Assembly (NCBI GenBank): GCA_963821525.1
Contig: CAWGED010000003.1
Location: forward strand, 32,001-96,000
DNA from: an uncultured Gemmatimonadales bacterium
GTDB lineage: Bacteria; Gemmatimonadota; Gemmatimonadetes; Gemmatimonadales; GWC2-71-9
DNA: 64,000 nt
Reading direction: 5' to 3'
Shown here: one piece after another, positions 8,383 to 21,366 of the stretch
Numbering within the stretch: the stretch's first letter is position 1
Layout: every line of letters begins with the position of its first letter
Notes under the pieces: model-generated
What the model was told of the DNA's origin: nothing
The model's input: the letters and a program-made list of their open reading frames with translations, nothing else
Databases searched by the model: none
Made by a program: the position numbers and the translations under genes

Positions 8383-9207
8383 TCACATCGGAGCCCAAGG
8401 TGTCGTCGTGAGCTGTTTAAGCCGCTTCCCATACAGCACCCGCCGCCACCAGGTCGGCTTGGGCTGTAAGCTTTTGAGGACCGTTCCCTCCCAGCCCTTC
8501 GCCGTATCCACCGAGATGATCGCCGCGAAGGCACCGCCTCCGATCAGCCGGGCGAGCGACTTGACGTGGGCACGCAGGAAATGGGCGGCTGCCGCGGTCC
8601 CCGAATCGCTCAGTCCCATCACTACCCAGCAGCTCCGATGACTCGCCGAGTGGTAACCCTTGTAGATGAGCCCGAAGTCGTGCCCCTCCTTCGCCTCGAA
8701 CAACTCGGAGGATGTCAGGGTGCGGAAGGCGGCCGGCTGCTGCCGAAGCTGGACCAGCTTGGGCTCGCAGGCATCCAGGATCTGGAGCGACTTGTAGTGC
8801 GGCCCGATCCCGATCGCATCCTCGCTCCAGGTCTGTCGTCCCGTCTCGCCCGACAGGAGCGAGAAGCTGAGCCGGCTGTTGGTTGCCAGCACCAGCTGCT
8901 GCAGCTCGGCGACCGCGCGCACATCGGGCACGGTATAAAGCTCCGGAATCTTCGCCCACTTGAGCACGGTGAGCCCGGAGGCAGGATTGCGGGGATCTTC
9001 CGGCGCCTTGGAGAAGAGTTCGTTATTGGGAACGAAGAGGCCGCGGAGAAAGAAGGCGGCGCTGGAGTCCTTGGTAGCGAGCGAGCCGAGGAGGAGACGG
9101 ACCGAAGGATCCGTCCGAAAGTACCAAAGGGCGAGCCCCACCAGGAGGATCGCGAGTACCGCGATCCCCGCGATGGCCAGCGGGTTCGAATCGGAAAGAA
9201 ATCCCAT
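8383..9207 (-). CDS. Membrane-anchored hypothetical protein
   Basis: Long ORF with an N-terminal TM helix after MGFLSDSNP. Confidence 0.75.
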   Translation of the reverse strand: MGFLSDSNPLAIAGIAVLAILLVGLALWYFRTDPSVRLLLGSLATKDSSAAFFLRGLFVPNNELFSKAPEDPRNPASGLTVLKWAKIPELYTVPDVRAVAELQQLVLATNSRLSFSLLSGETGRQTWSEDAIGIGPHYKSLQILDACEPKLVQLRQQPAAFRTLTSSELFEAKEGHDFGLIYKGYHSASHRSCWVVMGLSDSGTAAAAHFLRAHVKSLARLIGGGAFAAIISVDTAKGWEGTVLKSLQPKPTWWRRVLYGKRLKQLTTTPWAPM

Positions 9208-9247
9208 GCTCAGATCCGTGGTTCTGTCATGAGTACCCGACCGGCGA

Positions 9248-10030
9248 TCACACGAGTGACGGCTTGTATTCCCTGATTTGTCCGAATTCCTGAAAGCCGA
9301 GCCGGCGATAGACCCCGACACCATCGGGTGCGGCCTGGAGGATGGCGATCTGCTGGCCCGCCTCCCGGGCGTCCTGCAGGGGTCTCACGGTCAGCGCCGA
9401 ACCATAGCCCCGCCGGCGATAGGGAGCCAAGGTCGAGATGGCATAGAGTCCGACGACTCCGCCTCCCACCGTCAGCTCCGCGGTTCCCACCGCGACGCCA
9501 TCGACATATCCCAGGTAAAGCCAGAGGGGACTGGCCGAATGCAGCAGGACTGGCGCGGCCCGGGCATAGAACTCTACTACCAATTCGTCGGGCGGAGACC
9601 AGTTAGCGGCACTGAGTCTAGCGTACTCCCGAAGCTCCTCGGGGCTGCTTACCCGCCTGATCGAGAGCCCATTCGGCGCGAGATCTATGCCGGGAAGGGC
9701 GTCCAGGTCCACGGCCATGGCCAGCTCGGACTCCGCCGGCTCAAGTCCCGCCTGCTCCAGCTGTTGCCCGAGGTCGGCCGGCCGGTCGCCGGGCCCCACC
9801 CACCAGGAAAACGGATGCGACCGCTCGGCGAACCAGTCGATCGCCTCTCGAATCGCAGACGCAGCGGCATCCCGCTCCAGTCGAGCGCGACAGACGGCGT
9901 TGAACGTGTCACAGGGAAGGCCGCTGTCGCTCAGGACCAGCGATTCCGACCGGCGCACCCGCATGCCGGCCGTTTGCTGCTGCACCCAGGTGAAGTGGGT
10001 GGCAAGGTTGGCGTCGGCTGCATCAGCCAA
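9248..10030 (-). CDS. GNAT-family N-acetyltransferase
   Basis: ISTLAPYRRRGYGSAL and GVYRRLGF acetyl-CoA motifs. Confidence 0.9.
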   Translation of the reverse strand: MADAADANLATHFTWVQQQTAGMRVRRSESLVLSDSGLPCDTFNAVCRARLERDAAASAIREAIDWFAERSHPFSWWVGPGDRPADLGQQLEQAGLEPAESELAMAVDLDALPGIDLAPNGLSIRRVSSPEELREYARLSAANWSPPDELVVEFYARAAPVLLHSASPLWLYLGYVDGVAVGTAELTVGGGVVGLYAISTLAPYRRRGYGSALTVRPLQDAREAGQQIAILQAAPDGVGVYRRLGFQEFGQIREYKPSLV

Positions 10031-10050
10031 CGTTGTAGATCATGTATTTT

Positions 10051-10193
10051 AAGTACCGAGTACCTAGTCCCGAGTACCTAGTACAGAGTACTGCGTAGTT
10101 CTGACTCCGAGCTCTCGGCATGTGGTCTCTGGAAATCCAAACTCAGCGCTCGGTACGCAGTTCTCGGTACTCGTTACTAGGTACTCGGTACTT
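10051..10193. repeat. Inverted pair of heptamer arrays (agtaccg/agtacct ... cggtact/aggtact)
   Basis: Perfect 18-bp terminal IR (10051-10068 / 10176-10193) built from 7-mers. Confidence 0.92.
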
Positions 10194-10195
10194 TT

Positions 10196-12865
10196 CTAGA
10201 CCGTCGCTCTCGTCCGATCCATCGTCCCCCGCTCGGCCAACGACGACTGCGCCGCCGCCAATCTCGCGATCGGTACCCGGTAGGGAGAACAGCTCACGTA
10301 GTTCATGCCGAGGGCATCGAAGAAGGCCACCGATCGCGGCTCTCCGCCGTGCTCGCCGCAGATGCCGAGCTTGAGATCCTGCCGGGTCTTCCGCCCCAGC
10401 TCGCAGGCCATCTGGATCAGCTTGCCCACTCCACCGATGTCCAGCACCTGGAACGGATCATCCTCCAGGATGTTGTGCTCCAGGTAGTAGGGAAGGAAGC
10501 GTCCCGCGTCGTCGCGCGAGAGGCCCCAGGTGGTCTGGGTGAGATCGTTGGTGCCGAAGGAGAAGAACTGCGCCTCGCGCGCGATCTCGTCGGCGGTGAG
10601 GGCGGCGCGGGGCAGCTCGATCATGGTGCCGAGCAGATAGGGCACGGTGAGCTGCTTCTCCCGGAAGACCTGCTCCGCGACTTCCCGCACGATGAGCGCC
10701 TGCTTCCGGAACTCAACGACATTGGCGGTGAGCGGGATCATCACCTCGGGCATCACTCGGCCCTTGCGGGACGCCACGGCACAAGCCGCCTCGAAGATGG
10801 CGCGGGCCTGCATGCGTGCTGATCTCGGGATAGATGATGCCCAAGCCGGCAGCCGCGGAGTCCCAGCATCGGGTTGGTCTCCTGCAGCGCCTGCACGCTC
10901 GCGGCCACTTCTTCCGGCTTGCGACCCAGCGCCTTGGCCAGCGCTTCGATCTCCTGCTTCTCCTTGGGGAGGAACTCGTGGAGCGGGGGATCGAGCAGCC
11001 GGATGCAGACCGGATATCCCTCCATGGCGCGGAAGATGGCCTCGAAGTCCCCCCGCTGCATCGGGAGCAGTTTGGCGAGCGCCTTCTTGCGACCCTCGCT
11101 GTTCTGGGCCAGGATCATCTCCCGCATCGCGATCAGCCGGTCGCCCTCGAAGAACATGTGCTCGGTACGGCAGAGCCCGATGCCCTCGGCGCCGAAGTCG
11201 CGGCCCCGGTGCGCGTCGGCCGGCGTATCGGCATTCACCCGCACCCGGAGATGGCGGACCTTGTCGGCCCACAGCATGAGCCGGGTGAAATTGCCCGACA
11301 GCTCGGGAGAAACCAGGTTCGCCTGTCCCGCGTAGACCCGCCCGCTGCCGCCGTCGATCGTGATCCACTCGCCCTGTTTGATGGTGCGGCCGTTCACCGA
11401 GAACTGCAGGTTCTGCTCGTTTACCTCGAGCTTCTGGGCGCTCGCGACGCAAGGCTTTCCGATGCCGCGCGCAACGACGGCCGCGTGACTCGTCATGCCG
11501 CCGCGCGCGGTCAGAATCGCCTTGGCGGCGACCATGCCGTGGAAGTCTTCGGGACTGGTCTCCCGTCGCACCAGGATCACCGAGTCGCCCTTGCGGCCCA
11601 GCTGCTCCGCCAGGTCGGCGTCGAACACCGCGGTGCCCGATGCGGCTCCGGGTGAGGCGGGCAGTCCGGTCGTCAGCAGATCGAGATGGGCCTTGGGATC
11701 GATCGCCGGATGGAGCAGCTGGTTGAGATCGTTGGGGGGAATCCGGGCGACCGCCTCGTCCTCGCTGATCGCACCTTCATCCACCATCTCGCAGGCGATA
11801 CGCACCGCGGATTGCCCCGAGCGCTGGGCGCGCCGGGTCTGCAGCATGTAGAGCTTGCCGCGCTCGATGGTGAACTCCATGTCCTGCACATCGCGGAAGT
11901 GCCGCTCCAGGATCCTCGCCAGCCGGTCCAGCTCGGTGTAGGCGGCGGGCATCACATCCTTGAGCCGCGCGATCGGCTCCACGTCCCGGGTGCCGGAGAC
12001 GACGTCCTCTCCCTGTGCGTTGAGCAGATATTCACCGTAGAGCCGCCTCTCACCGGTCGAGGGGTCGCGGGTGAACGCGACGCCGGTGCCCGAGTCCTCG
12101 CCCAGGTTCCCGAAGACCATCGTCACCACGTTGACCGCGGTTCCCATGCTGTCGGGAATGTCGTGCAGCTTCCGGTAATCGATCGCGCGCCGGGTGTTCC
12201 AGCTCTCGAAGACCGCGGCGATGGCGCCCCAGAGCTGCTCCATCGGGTCGTCGGGGAAGGGGCGCCCGGCTTCCTTCTCGACGTGCTTCTTCATCTCGTG
12301 CACCAGCGCCAGGATCTCCTCGGCCGGGAGGTCGATGTCGCGCTCCGCCTTGTGCTTCTTCTTGCTGCGCCTCGAGCAGGTGCTCGATCGGGGCCTTGGG
12401 GAGATCGAACACCACCGTCGCGTACATCTGCACGAAGCGGCGGTAGGAGTCGTAGGCGAAATGCGCGTTGCCGCTCTCCTTGCGCAGGCCCTCCACCGTC
12501 GCGTCGTTGAGGCCGAGGTTGAGGATCGTCTCCATCATGCCGGGCATGGAGACCGCGGCGCCCGAGCGCACCGAGACCAGCAGCGGCCGTTCGCGGCCGC
12601 CGAAGTGGCGGTTGGTCGCGGCTTCGAGCCGCTGGAGACTGGTCTCGACCTGGGATCGAAGCCAGGGCGGAAATTGACGAGTCTCGAGGTAGGTGACGCA
12701 GAGCGATGCGGCGATGGTGAATCCGGGAGGGACCGGAATGCCGAGGTTGGTCATCTCGGCGAGACCGGCGCCTTTTCCTCCCAGCACGTCCTTCATGGTG
12801 GCGGTGCCGTCGGCGCGGCCCTGCCCAAAGAAATAGACTGACGGCTGGGAGTAGGTTCCGCTCAT
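10196..12865 (-). CDS. ppdK: Pyruvate, phosphate dikinase (frameshifts near 12360 and 10830)
   Basis: [62 protein letters not shown]. Confidence 0.96.
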
Positions 12866-14256
12866 GCGGTCGTCACGATGGAGGGAGCCGCGTGCCGGAC
12901 CTGGACCAGCTCGTCCGAGATCGGCGTCGGATAGTTGCCGGAGAAGCACGCGTCGCAGAACTCGTTCCGCGGTCCGGCCGCGCGGAGCATGCCTTCGAGC
13001 GACAGGTAGCCCAGGGTATCCACGCCGAGGTAATCACGGATTTCCTCGATCGAGTGGTTGGCGCCGATCAGCTCCTCGCGGGTCGGCGTATCGATCCCGT
13101 AGTGGCAGGGGCCGGTGATCGGCGGAGAGGCGAGCCTCAGATGTACTTCGCGGGCGCCCGCGGCGCGAATCATCTGCACCAGCCCCTTGCTGGTGGTTCC
13201 GCGGACCAGGCTGTCGTCCACCATCACCACCGAGCGGCCCTCGATCACGTCGCGCACCGGATTGAACTTGATCTTCACCTTGGCCACCCGCAGCGCCTGG
13301 GTCGGATTGATGAAGGTCCGGCCCACGTAGTGGTTCCTGATCAGCCCGTTCTCCAGCTTGATCCCCGAGACCTCGGCGAAACCGAGAGCCATCGCGTTTG
13401 CGCTGTCCGGAACGCTGAACACGACCTCGGCGCCCGGGGCAGGGTGCTCCTTCGCCAGCTCGCGGCCCAGCTCGCGCCGCACCCGGTCCACCGACTCGCC
13501 GAAGACCCGCGAATCGGGCCGGGCGAAGTAGACCAGCTCGAACACGCAGCGGCTGATCGGCCGCGGCTTGAGCCGGGGCAGCTCGGTGATGTTGCCTTCC
13601 TCGATCTTGAGGAACTGGCCCGGTTGCAGCTCGCAGACCATCTGGGCGCCCACCAGGTCGAGCGCGCAGGTTTCCGAGGCGACAACCACACCGCCGCTCA
13701 ACCGGCCGAGCACCGCGGGCCGGAAACCGCGCGAGTCGATCACCACATAGATCGTCCGACCCACGCTCATCAGCAGGGTATAGGCGCCCTCGGCTTTTTC
13801 CAGCGCCTCGCGAATCTGCTCCTCGGGCGTGTGCTTCCTCGAGCGGGCGATCAAATGCAGCAGGACTTCGGTGTCGGTCGTCGTGGTGAAGATGGCGCCC
13901 TGGTCCGCCAGCTCGCGCCGCAGCTCCGGCGCGTTGGTCAGGTTGCCGTTGTGCGCGATGGTGAGCGGCCCGCCGCGATAGTCGATGAGGAGCGGCTGGG
14001 CGTTGGCCAGCACCGAGCTTCCGGCGGTGGAGTAGCGGGTGTGCCCGACGGCGACATCGCCCAGGCAGCGCTGGAGTGCCGCGTCATGGAAGTTCTCCGA
14101 GACGAGCCCCATTCCACGGTGTGCCCGAGCCCTGCCGTGCTCGTCGATGGCGACGATGCCGGCACTCTCCTGGCCACGATGCTGCAGGGCGTAGAGCCCC
14201 ATATACGTGAGCCGCGCCGCGTCAGGTACTCCGGAGACTCCGAAGATGCCGCACAT
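12862..14256 (-). CDS. purF: Amidophosphoribosyltransferase
   Basis: N-terminal CGIFG, QHRGQESAG, VDDSLVRGTTS. Confidence 0.97.
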   Translation of the reverse strand: MCGIFGVSGVPDAARLTYMGLYALQHRGQESAGIVAIDEHGRARAHRGMGLVSENFHDAALQRCLGDVAVGHTRYSTAGSSVLANAQPLLIDYRGGPLTIAHNGNLTNAPELRRELADQGAIFTTTTDTEVLLHLIARSRKHTPEEQIREALEKAEGAYTLLMSVGRTIYVVIDSRGFRPAVLGRLSGGVVVASETCALDLVGAQMVCELQPGQFLKIEEGNITELPRLKPRPISRCVFELVYFARPDSRVFGESVDRVRRELGRELAKEHPAPGAEVVFSVPDSANAMALGFAEVSGIKLENGLIRNHYVGRTFINPTQALRVAKVKIKFNPVRDVIEGRSVVMVDDSLVRGTTSKGLVQMIRAAGAREVHLRLASPPITGPCHYGIDTPTREELIGANHSIEEIRDYLGVDTLGYLSLEGMLRAAGPRNEFCDACFSGNYPTPISDELVQVRHAAPSIVTTA

Positions 14257-14307
14257 TCCGGTGTGGTAACTCCTCTCTTGGGTACCTCATCCCTCGCTCC
14301 CTCCGCC

Positions 14308-14419
14308 ACCTCATCCCGAGCGCAGCGAGGGACCTACTCTCCGAGTCTTGAACCTCAGTCGAAGCGCTACGCATCTAAGGCCACCTCTGCAAGGTCCCTC
14401 GCTCCGCTCGGGATGAGGT
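14308..14419. repeat. REP-like palindromic element
   Basis: acctcatcccgagcgcagcgagggacct ... aggtccctcgctccgctcgggatgaggt, a near-perfect 28-bp IR. Confidence 0.85.
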
Positions 14420-14460
14420 ACTTGTACGACATCGCTTCTCTACATTTCCCGTCCTCATCG

Positions 14461-14490
14461 CCCTACTCCCCACTCCCGACTCCCTACTCC

Positions 14491-14495
<5 letters not shown>
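14461..14495. repeat. Heptamer array (ccctact)n at the purL stop
   Basis: ccctactccccactcccgactccctactccctatt. Confidence 0.85.
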
Positions 14496-16920
<2,425 letters not shown>

Positions 16921-16924
<4 letters not shown>

Positions 16925-17259
16925 ATCTCGTCCTTCGGACTGGGCTTCTTCCCGAAGGCGCCCATCAGGTCGTCCATGATCCGAAAGACGAGACCCTTGT
17001 CGTAATGGGCCAGGATCGCCCTGACCTCACCGTAGTCGAACCACGAGCCCTTGCAGTCCTCACACATTTCGAACTCGATGCCGTGGAGCTTCCGGTCCTT
17101 GAGATGCCCGCCGCACTTGGGGCATCGCATGTGGTGCAGGCGACGCTCGGCATCCCGGGCGCGCGCGTGCTCCTGCTGGCGCCGGCGCTCAATGCGCTCC
17201 GCGTCGAGCTTGGCGAAATATTCGACTTCGTTCTTGCTGGGCTTGCTCTTGTCGGCCAT
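16921..17259 (-). CDS. zf-TFIIB-like zinc-ribbon protein
   Basis: EYFAKLDAE...HHMRCPKCG...[13 protein letters not shown]. Confidence 0.85.
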
Positions 17260-17288
17260 TGCCTTCGGTGTCGGTTAAGGTTCTTCGT

Positions 17289-17361
17289 CTAACAGCTAAC
17301 AGCTAACAGCCAACAGCTAACAGCTAACAGCTAACAGCTTACAGCTATTAGCTATTAGCTT
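17289..17361. repeat. Heptamer array (ctaacag) x about 10
   Basis: Directly visible. Confidence 0.95.
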
Positions 17362-17363
17362 CT

Positions 17364-17717
17364 TCACGGGGCCGTCGGTGCCACCCCCGTCGGCTCCGGC
17401 TTCCGCTCCGGCGGCGAGGACGATACACCGTCGTAGCTCCGGCCCTGGGCGCGTACGATGGCGTCCACCACCTGGTCTTTCTCCAGGATCACCACGTCGT
17501 AGGTGCCGCAGGTCTTGAGGCACCCGTTGGTGTAGAACATGTAGCTGTAGTCGCCCATCTTCCTGACGGTGAGCGGCTCGCCCCACGCGGCGCGCACATC
17601 GGCCTCGGACTGTCCCGGCTTGATGGCCTGGGCGGACAGGGCGGTCGGGGCGGACAGGACGGTCAGACTGAGCACCAGCGCCAGTGTGGCTAATCTGGTC
17701 AGGAGGTTGCTTGGCAT
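17364..17717 (-). CDS. Secreted hypothetical protein (BamE/SmpA-like start)
   Basis: Signal peptide followed by IKPGQSEADVRAAWGEP. Confidence 0.75.
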   Translation of the reverse strand: MPSNLLTRLATLALVLSLTVLSAPTALSAQAIKPGQSEADVRAAWGEPLTVRKMGDYSYMFYTNGCLKTCGTYDVVILEKDQVVDAIVRAQGRSYDGVSSSPPERKPEPTGVAPTAP

Positions 17718-17759
17718 CGCCAGTTTCCTCGGGTCGAAGGTGTCAGGCTCTGAGTCCTA

Positions 17760-17900
17760 GTCCGTCGGTTCGTCGGTTCGTCGGTTCGTTCGTCCGCCGG
17801 TCCGCCGCTCTTTGTCCGCCGGTCCGCCATCTCTTCGTCCGCCGGTCCGCCGCTCTTTGTCCGCCGCTTTACGTCCGCCGGTCCGCCCGTCTCCCGTCTC
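17760..17900. repeat. Compound array (cggttcgt)n, (gtccgccg)n with about 22-nt higher-order units, (tctcccg)n
   Basis: Directly visible; abuts the purQ stop. Confidence 0.9.
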
Positions 17901-18596
17901 CTACCGCTCCTTTACCACCCCCGCCACCGCCGACGTGAAGAACCCCAGCCCATCCGTGTTGCCCAGCGCGGGATCCGACGCGCGGTCGGGGTGGGGCATC
18001 AGGCCGACCACGTTGCCTTCGTCGTTCACGATGCCGGCGATCTGGTTGACTGAGCCGTTGATCTCTTCGGTCGGAGCACCGCCGTCGCGGTTCACGTAGC
18101 GCACCACCACGCGTCCCTCTGCTTCCAGCTTCCGCCGTGTGGCTTCGTCCGCCACGAAGCGGCCGTCTCCGTGCGCCACCGGCATCTTCAGCACCTGGCC
18201 CACCGAATACTGATTGGTGAACGCGGTGTCGGTTTGCTCAACTCTCAGCCACACCGGGCGGGAGACAAAGCTGAGCCGGCTGTTCCGCATCAAGGCGCCG
18301 GGGAGCAACCCTGCCTCGCAGAGAATCTGGAACCCGTTGCAGATGCCGAGGACGGGTCCTCCTTCCCTGGCGAACTTCTGCACCGCCGCCATGATGGGAC
18401 TGAAGCGCGCGATGGCGCCGGAGCGCAGGTAGTCGCCGTAGCTGAACCCGCCCGGCAGCATCACCGCGTCGGCTCCCTGCAGATCGGTCTCGCGATGCCA
18501 GACGTAGTAGGGTTCCGCGCCCGCAATCGCCGCCGACCGGAACGTGTCGGCGTCACAGTTGCTGCCGGGAAACCTCACGACCGCGACTCGGCGCAT
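17901..18596 (-). CDS. purQ: FGAM synthase glutaminase subunit
   Basis: FPGSNCD, PGGFSYGDYLR, GICNGFQ, GLMPHP. Confidence 0.97.
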   Translation of the reverse strand: MRRVAVVRFPGSNCDADTFRSAAIAGAEPYYVWHRETDLQGADAVMLPGGFSYGDYLRSGAIARFSPIMAAVQKFAREGGPVLGICNGFQILCEAGLLPGALMRNSRLSFVSRPVWLRVEQTDTAFTNQYSVGQVLKMPVAHGDGRFVADEATRRKLEAEGRVVVRYVNRDGGAPTEEINGSVNQIAGIVNDEGNVVGLMPHPDRASDPALGNTDGLGFFTSAVAGVVKER

Positions 18597-18847
18597 CAGG
18601 CCTCGACCTCCACCAGGTAGTCTTCAGTGACCGGATTCGCGAGGAGCTTGTCGCACATCGCGCGGGCGCGGGCCTTGGCGTCCGTCGCATTCGCCGCCTT
18701 CACCTCCAGCTCGATCGCCTTCCCGATCCGGACGTTGGAGGCCTCCTGAAACCCCAGGGCGGAGAGCGCGTGCTCCACGGCCTGGCCCTGCGGATCCAGC
18801 AGCCCGGCCCGGGGAACCACTCGCACGTGCAGGCGGAACGTCGTCAT
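18596..18847 (-). CDS. purS: FGAM synthase small subunit
   Basis: LDPQGQAV, KLLANPVTEDY. Confidence 0.96.
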   Translation of the reverse strand: MTTFRLHVRVVPRAGLLDPQGQAVEHALSALGFQEASNVRIGKAIELEVKAANATDAKARARAMCDKLLANPVTEDYLVEVEA

Positions 18848-19701
18848 GAATCCTCTCCTCTTGTCGGTCGGTCATCCACGCGTCGCGGAGCGGTGAGCCG
18901 CGGCCCGCGCGACATCTCAGATTCGCCCTCCACCACGGCCGGATGCCACTCTCCCCGATCGAGGAAGCCGAACAGGACGGCGCGCCCAACACCGAAGGCC
19001 AGATAGGTGAGTCCCAGCGGGAACAGGAAATGGGACGGCACCCAGAGACTCATCACCAGGATCACCAGGTGGAGCAGGAGCCCAAGGATTCCCTTGATAC
19101 TCCGGAAGCCGATGGCGGGGAAGCGGGGATACTTGATGTTGCTCACCATCAGCAGCGCGAGCAGCACCATCAGGATGGCGAGACCCTGGCGCTGAAGATT
19201 GAGATAGGCCAGCGACGCCTGGTACCACGGCGTCTGGCTGAACGGGTAAAAGACCGCGAGCGTCATTCCCGCCGAAGGTGAGGGCATTCCGGTGAACCAT
19301 CCCGGCTTGTCGTTCCCGTGCGAGACATTGTACCGCGCGAGCCGCACCGCCACCGCGACCACATACAGGTAGCAGAGAATCCAGCCGAACCTTCCCCCTT
19401 CGCTGAATTCCAGGAAGTACATGATCATCGCCGGCGCCACACCGAAGGAGATCACGTCTACCAGCGAATCCAGCTCGGCGCCGAACCGGGTGCCGGTCTT
19501 CGAGAGCCGAGCCACCCGCCCATCCAGCATGTCCAGCACGCCGGAGAACATGACGAACCAGGCCGCCCACACGAAGTTCTTGTTGTAGGCGGAGACCATG
19601 GCCCAGAAGCCGAAGAACAGATTGCCCAGGGTGAGCGCGCTCGGCACCACGACGACCACCTTGCGGGTGTCAGGGCGTCGCAACCCACCACGTGAGGGCA
19701 T
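18844..19701 (-). CDS. pssA: CDP-diacylglycerol-serine O-phosphatidyltransferase
   Basis: DMLDGRVAR...FGAELDSLVDVISFGVAP, RLARYN. Confidence 0.93.
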   Translation of the reverse strand: MPSRGGLRRPDTRKVVVVVPSALTLGNLFFGFWAMVSAYNKNFVWAAWFVMFSGVLDMLDGRVARLSKTGTRFGAELDSLVDVISFGVAPAMIMYFLEFSEGGRFGWILCYLYVVAVAVRLARYNVSHGNDKPGWFTGMPSPSAGMTLAVFYPFSQTPWYQASLAYLNLQRQGLAILMVLLALLMVSNIKYPRFPAIGFRSIKGILGLLLHLVILVMSLWVPSHFLFPLGLTYLAFGVGRAVLFGFLDRGEWHPAVVEGESEMSRGPRLTAPRRVDDRPTRGEDS

Positions 19702-20336
19702 CAGTCCCATTCTGCCACCTTGGTTAAGCCGGCCCGGGTCTTCTGGCCGCTCTGGACCAGAATCCGCGCGGCCACCGGTATAAAGATATCCACCCGGGAA
19801 CCGAACCGGATGATTCCCATTCGATCACCCTGGTGCACCTTCGTGCCTACTTCATGATCCGTTACAATCCGTCGCGCGACGAGGCCCGCGATCTGGCGGA
19901 CCAGCAGTTTCCCCCGCGGCGTTTCCAGTCCCACCGTACTCTGCTCGTTTTCGAGACTCGCCTTCTCGGTGCCGGCGTGGCCGAACTCGCCCTTCACGTA
20001 GTGGCGGTATCGTACCGTGCCGTCGCTCGGGTACCGGTTCACGTGGACGTCGAACACGTTCATGAAGATCGAGACCCGGGTGGTGCGCGCCGCCACGAAC
20101 TCGGGTTCGTCCATCGTCACGATGCTCACGATGGCGCCGTCCGCCGGCGCGATCACCAGGTTGTCGCCCCGCGGCCCGTTGCGAACGGGATCCCGGAAGA
20201 AGGCGATCACCCAGATCGCCACGACCACCCAGAGCGCCGTCACCCACCACGGGGCGAACCAGGCGAGAACCGCGGCGAAGAACCAGGCAGCTGCGATGAA
20301 CGGCCGGCCCTCCGGAGCGACTGCGACCTTGATCAC
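19701..20336 (-). CDS. psd: Phosphatidylserine decarboxylase
   Basis: [35 protein letters not shown]. Confidence 0.94.
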   Translation of the reverse strand: MIKVAVAPEGRPFIAAAWFFAAVLAWFAPWWVTALWVVVAIWVIAFFRDPVRNGPRGDNLVIAPADGAIVSIVTMDEPEFVAARTTRVSIFMNVFDVHVNRYPSDGTVRYRHYVKGEFGHAGTEKASLENEQSTVGLETPRGKLLVRQIAGLVARRIVTDHEVGTKVHQGDRMGIIRFGSRVDIFIPVAARILVQSGQKTRAGLTKVAEWD

Positions 20337-21253
20337 GCCTCCTCCGGCAGGTCGCGACCGGTGATGCGGCGATACGCTTCCAGGTATCGCGCGCTGGTCG
20401 CCGTCACCACCTCGCTCGGCAGCCGCGGGGGAGGCGCCTCGCCGTTCCATTCACCCTTGCTGCGCAGCGCCGCGAGATAATCCCGGAGCGGCTGCTTGTC
20501 GAAGCTGGGCTGCGCCCGTCCCGCCTCGTACTGGTCCGCCGGCCAGAAGCGGGATGAATCGGGTGTCATCACCTCATCAATCAGCCGCAGCGCGCCCCGC
20601 TGGTCGAAGCCGAACTCGAACTTGGTATCGGCGATGATGATGCCACGTTCGGATGCGTGCGTCGCCCCGGCGCGATAGACCTCGAAGCTCAAGTCCCGCA
20701 GGCGAGCCGCCGTCTCGGCCCCCAACCCCTTGGCGACCGCGTCGAAGGTCACGTTGATGTCGTGGCCCGACTCCGCCTTGGTGGCCGGTGAGAAGATTGA
20801 AGGCTCCAGGCGACTGCTCTGCACCAGTCCCGGCGGCAGCGTCTCGCCGGCCAGCGTTCCATGGTCGCGGTATTCGTTCCACGCCGAGCCGGAGATGTAG
20901 CCGCGAACAACGCACTCGAAGGGCACCGGGTTCGTCCTCAATACCAACATTGCCCTCCCTGACACCTGACCCCTGACACCTTCCAGCTCCGGAACCCGCT
21001 CGATAATCTGATCGGTATCAGCCGTCACGTAGTGCGAGGCCGTCACCCCGGCGAGACGCTCGAACCAGAACGCGCTCAACTGCGTCAGCACCGCTCCCTT
21101 CCGCGGGATCGGCTCGGCCATCACGATGTCGAACGCGCTCACCCGGTCGCTCGCCACGAGCAGGAGGTGGTCAGCGTCTACCTCGTAGACCTCGCGCACC
21201 TTGCCCTTCCGCAACAGCGGCAGGGGCAACCGGCTTTCAGTCAGAACTGCCAT
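20333..21253 (-). CDS. purC: SAICAR synthetase
   Basis: [35 protein letters not shown]. Confidence 0.97.
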   Translation of the reverse strand: MAVLTESRLPLPLLRKGKVREVYEVDADHLLLVASDRVSAFDIVMAEPIPRKGAVLTQLSAFWFERLAGVTASHYVTADTDQIIERVPELEGVRGQVSGRAMLVLRTNPVPFECVVRGYISGSAWNEYRDHGTLAGETLPPGLVQSSRLEPSIFSPATKAESGHDINVTFDAVAKGLGAETAARLRDLSFEVYRAGATHASERGIIIADTKFEFGFDQRGALRLIDEVMTPDSSRFWPADQYEAGRAQPSFDKQPLRDYLAALRSKGEWNGEAPPPRLPSEVVTATSARYLEAYRRITGRDLPEEA

Positions 21254-21285
21254 GCAGCCTACGCCTTTCAGCTATCACAGATCTC

Positions 21286-21365
21286 GGAGTTCCGAGTTCC
21301 CAGTTCGCGGTCCCGCTCACCGCTCCCGTCTCCCGTTTTCCCGTCTCCCGTCTCCCGTCTCCCGC
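21286..21365. repeat. Compound heptamer array (gagttcc)n + (tctcccg)n
   Basis: Directly visible between purB and purC. Confidence 0.9.
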
Positions 21366-21366
21366 T

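Noticed and set aside
18844..20336. pssA-psd inside the pur operon as a novel system
   Set aside because: Ordinary intact housekeeping genes with no sign of mobility; likely lineage gene order
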